Shown: positions 61,027-64,000 of the stretch, in pieces
Numbering within the stretch: the stretch's first letter is position 1
Layout of the letters: every line of letters starts with the position of its first letter
NCBI GenBank assembly: GCA_965242965.1
Contig: OZ251518.1
Coordinates: 5,216,001 to 5,280,000, forward strand
From: Candidatus Poribacteria bacterium
GTDB lineage: Bacteria; Poribacteria; WGA-4E; WGA-3G
Direction: 5' to 3'
Length of the DNA stretch: 64,000 nucleotides
Translations under genes and position numbers: made by a program
Notes under the pieces: model-generated
Told to the model about the DNA's origin: nothing
The model's input: only the letters and a program-made list of their open reading frames with translations
Database searches by the model: none

Positions 61027-61632
61027 ATGCCGTATAGCCATTTTACGCTAGATACAGTGCGAGACGCATTTCAATTAGAAAGAGTTAACGCCCGGGGTAT
61101 CTTTGCCGACGTTGAACCTATAAAACCCAGTGAACTTCTCACCGCCGTGTTGGCGCGCAGTGTGCCGTTAGCCACCGCTATCGGTACCGAAAAGGCAAAA
61201 TCCGAAATGATTGTAGCGCAGGTTCTCATTGAACTCAGCGAACTTTTAGATAACCGCGTCAGTCTTTTTTCGGGGATTGACTTCAACGTTGATAAAGATT
61301 CCGGCTTGACAGGGGTTGCTGATTTTCTAATTAGCCTCTCCCCGTGGCAATTTTCTTTGGAGGCTCCTGTCATTATCCTTGTTGAGGCGAAGGACGATGA
61401 TTTGGAAATCGGCCTCGGACAATGTGTCGCAGAGATGGTGGCTGCCCAACGTTTTAATGCGGCGCAAGAAAATGACATTCCTCGCATCTACGGTGCCACC
61501 ACGACAGGCGTGATGTGGCGGTTCCTCAAACTAGAGGGACAGACATTCCACGTTGACATGATGCCTTATCCACTAGTGCCGTGCGATAAAATCTTGGGCA
61601 TCCTTGCCAGCATGGTGGAACAAAAGGCGTAA
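61027..61632 (+). CDS. Conserved hypothetical protein, PD-(D/E)xK/restriction-endonuclease-like
   Basis: TEKAKSE, GVADFL, VEAK, GLGQCVAEM, IYGATTTG..WRFLKL. Confidence 0.65.
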   Translation: MPYSHFTLDTVRDAFQLERVNARGIFADVEPIKPSELLTAVLARSVPLATAIGTEKAKSEMIVAQVLIELSELLDNRVSLFSGIDFNVDKDSGLTGVADFLISLSPWQFSLEAPVIILVEAKDDDLEIGLGQCVAEMVAAQRFNAAQENDIPRIYGATTTGVMWRFLKLEGQTFHVDMMPYPLVPCDKILGILASMVEQKA

Positions 61633-61665
61633 AACGCCACAGCCTCATAGGAGAGAAATTTCATC

Positions 61666-63381
61666 ATGGCTTACGATAGTTTAACGTTACGCCTTGTCAC
61701 AGAAGAGCTTCGCCAAACGCTTTTAGGTGGCACCATCAGGCATATTGAACAGGCAAACCCGACGACTTTTTCGTTCAAGATTGCGCGCGGGGTTGAGACG
61801 CGTTGGCTGACGCTCTCGGCGCATTCGGTTCATGCGCGCGCACATCTCATCCAGCGGCCGCCGCCGGGACAGAAGCAGTCCTACCTCGCCGATTTCCTCA
61901 CGACGCATCTGAGACGCGGGACTATCACCGAAATTGCGCAACTCGGCTGGGATCGGATTCTGAAAATCACTGTTCAACCCGTATCCGATGAACCGATTCA
62001 GCCGTCCCCGAAGGCAATCCTCGCGGAGTTTATGGGGAAACATAGTAACATTATCCTGATTGATGCGACAGACGACAGGATTTTGGAGAGTCTCAAGCAT
62101 ATTGACGAAACGCAAAGTCGGCACCGAGAGGTTTTGCCGGGCGAAACCTACTGTTTGCCGCCGCAACAGGAGAAGGCAGCCCCGTTGGAACTTGATGAGA
62201 CAGGTTTCGCTGCCATCGCTGAAAGTCTCCCACAAGTAACGTGGCGCGGGCTGTTCAATAACATCGATGGGCTCAGTCCGACGCTCGCGAAAGAAATCAT
62301 CGCGCGGGCAGAAGAGGTGCAGCTCTGGGCTGCTTATCAGCAGGTTATCGCCTATTTTGACGCGCGCCACATCTCCCCGCAGTTGCTCCTTGATGGAACA
62401 GAACCGATTGACACATCGCCGATGCCGCTGCATCAATTGCCGAATGCTACCTCCCAAACGTTTGACACGATGAGCGAGGCACTCTGTGCCTATTACGATG
62501 CGATGACGTTGAAAGAGGCGATGGCATCGGAACGGCGCGCGCTCACGCAGGCGTTGGATAAACAGCGCGCATTGCTCAAGCGGAAAGAGAAGGGGTTGAC
62601 GACAGATTTGGCACGTGCCGAAAAAGCCGCGGATTATCGCGTTCAAGGCGAACTTATCCTTGCGAATTTGCATCGCATTACCCGCGGGCAAACGGAGGTA
62701 GAACTGCAAAACTACTACAGTCCGAACTTGGAGACAATTTCGATCTCGCTGAATCCGGAACGGAGCCCTTCCGATAACGCGCAAGCATATTTCAAGAAAT
62801 ACACGAAAGCGAAACGGGGACATTCGCGCATCTTGCAACTCATTGCCGAGGTGGAAGCGGAGAAGAAGGTGCTGCAATTGGAAACCGCCAAACTTGAAGC
62901 GGCGAATTCATTGGACGCGCTCCAGCAGCTTCGCACGGAATTTGTCGCGAACGGGTATCTCAGGGCGCGGCAGCAGAACAGACAGAAGCAGCCGTTAAGC
63001 GAAGGACCCTTCCGAAAATACACCTCTGCGAACGGGTTTCAGATGTATGTCGGCAGGAACAGCCAGTCAAACGATTTGCTCTTGCGCCAGATTGCGAAGC
63101 CGCGCGATATGTGGTTGCATGCGAAGCAAATCCACGGATCACACGTCATCGTCCGGAACCCGGAAAACCGTCAGGATATTCCAATGCCGACGTTGTTGCA
63201 AGCGGCGCAGCTCGCCGCCTATTACAGCAAAGCGCACCATGCAAGTCATGTCCCCGTAGACTACACGTGGGCGCGTTACGTAGTGAAGCGGAAGGGCAAC
63301 GTTGCGGGGTATGTGCATTACACGCATGAAAAGACGTTATATGTGGAGCCTGCGCTTCCCTCGTCAAAAGCGGAGTCATAG
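61666..63381 (+). CDS. rqcH: Ribosome quality-control factor RqcH (NFACT/FbpA)
   Basis: MAYD, DRIL, EFMGKHSNIIL, NAQAYFKKY, VGRNSQSND, WLHA..HGSHV, VDYT. Confidence 0.92.
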   Translation: MAYDSLTLRLVTEELRQTLLGGTIRHIEQANPTTFSFKIARGVETRWLTLSAHSVHARAHLIQRPPPGQKQSYLADFLTTHLRRGTITEIAQLGWDRILKITVQPVSDEPIQPSPKAILAEFMGKHSNIILIDATDDRILESLKHIDETQSRHREVLPGETYCLPPQQEKAAPLELDETGFAAIAESLPQVTWRGLFNNIDGLSPTLAKEIIARAEEVQLWAAYQQVIAYFDARHISPQLLLDGTEPIDTSPMPLHQLPNATSQTFDTMSEALCAYYDAMTLKEAMASERRALTQALDKQRALLKRKEKGLTTDLARAEKAADYRVQGELILANLHRITRGQTEVELQNYYSPNLETISISLNPERSPSDNAQAYFKKYTKAKRGHSRILQLIAEVEAEKKVLQLETAKLEAANSLDALQQLRTEFVANGYLRARQQNRQKQPLSEGPFRKYTSANGFQMYVGRNSQSNDLLLRQIAKPRDMWLHAKQIHGSHVIVRNPENRQDIPMPTLLQAAQLAAYYSKAHHASHVPVDYTWARYVVKRKGNVAGYVHYTHEKTLYVEPALPSSKAES

Positions 63382-63467
63382 GGTCTGGTAAGCGCGGTTT
63401 CAAACTGCGCTAAAGTTTTTTTGTTGACATCATTTGTGATTGTGTTATATTATTCTCCAATTAACAT

Positions 63468-64000
63468 GAGGGTGTTTCATATTTCGATGCGTTCGGTAGG
63501 AGAGACCTCCCGGTCTCGATTTCTTCCCGTAGCGCGGGGGCCTGTCCCCCGCGATCGTTGGATTGCGCGAGCGATGGCGAGGGACAGGCCCTCGCCCTAC
63601 GGTGAAGGCGTGGCGTTTTTTACCGTAGCGCGGGGGCCTGTCCCCCGCGATCTCCATCATTACGAGGTGCGTCTAGGTCCTTTAGGACCTACATGTCTAT
63701 AGAAAAACGTGCCAGTCCCTTTTTCAAGGTCCTTTAGGTCCTTAATCATGAAAACACGCCGCACCGCAAAATCTATTAAGGACCTAAAGGACCTTAGTGT
63801 TCTTCGCGGGCGCGCGTGCTATAGACATGCAGGACCTAAAGGACCTGAAGAGAAAGGATAGACGTTTTTCCCTAGCCCGAAGCATGGCGAGGGACAGGCC
63901 CTCGCCCTACGGTGCAGTGCCGTTTTTTTCCCGTAGCGCGGGGGCCTGTCCCCCGCGATCGTTGGATTGCGCGAGGCATGGCGAGGGAAACCCTCTCGGA
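63468..64000. mobile_element. MITE-like composite REP element (truncated by window end)
   Basis: Left TIR GAGGGTGTTTCATAT followed by REP and AGGTCC modules. Confidence 0.7.

Noticed and set aside
61723-62877. Long antisense ORFs (also 34308-35147, 44027-44980, 29219-30007)
   Set aside because: Shadow frames opposite well-supported genes in GC-rich coding DNA

Overview
Bacterial chromosome segment from a diderm organism (lpxD, skp, bamA, lolC/D, lnt). The gene style suggests Candidatus Poribacteria or a related lineage: FlgD-Ig/T9SS-like C-termini, cohesin/dockerin proteins, an LRR + lamin-tail protein and a PhyH dioxygenase. That assignment is an inference. The window holds about 45 genes, two tRNAs (fMet, Leu) and a housekeeping/envelope cluster (lnt-prfB-lysS-lolC-lolD-ilvE-bamA-skp-lpxD ... 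grpE-dnaJ-prmA). Four things stand out. (1) A cohesin/dockerin gene cluster ends in an FGE/C-type-lectin-fold gene with a DGR-like variable region, a downstream hairpin and an avd gene, but the window has no RT or template repeat. (2) Homologs of the archaeal-type ether-lipid enzymes GGGP synthase and DGGGP synthase lie right after lpxD. (3) About 10 kb of intergenic DNA (hand tally) is built from modular GTAG-REP hairpins, often packaged in MITE-like elements with 15-bp TIRs and roughly 8-bp target duplications. (4) A large LRR surface-protein gene is split at a G9 tract. All annotations come from motif recognition; no database searches were run.
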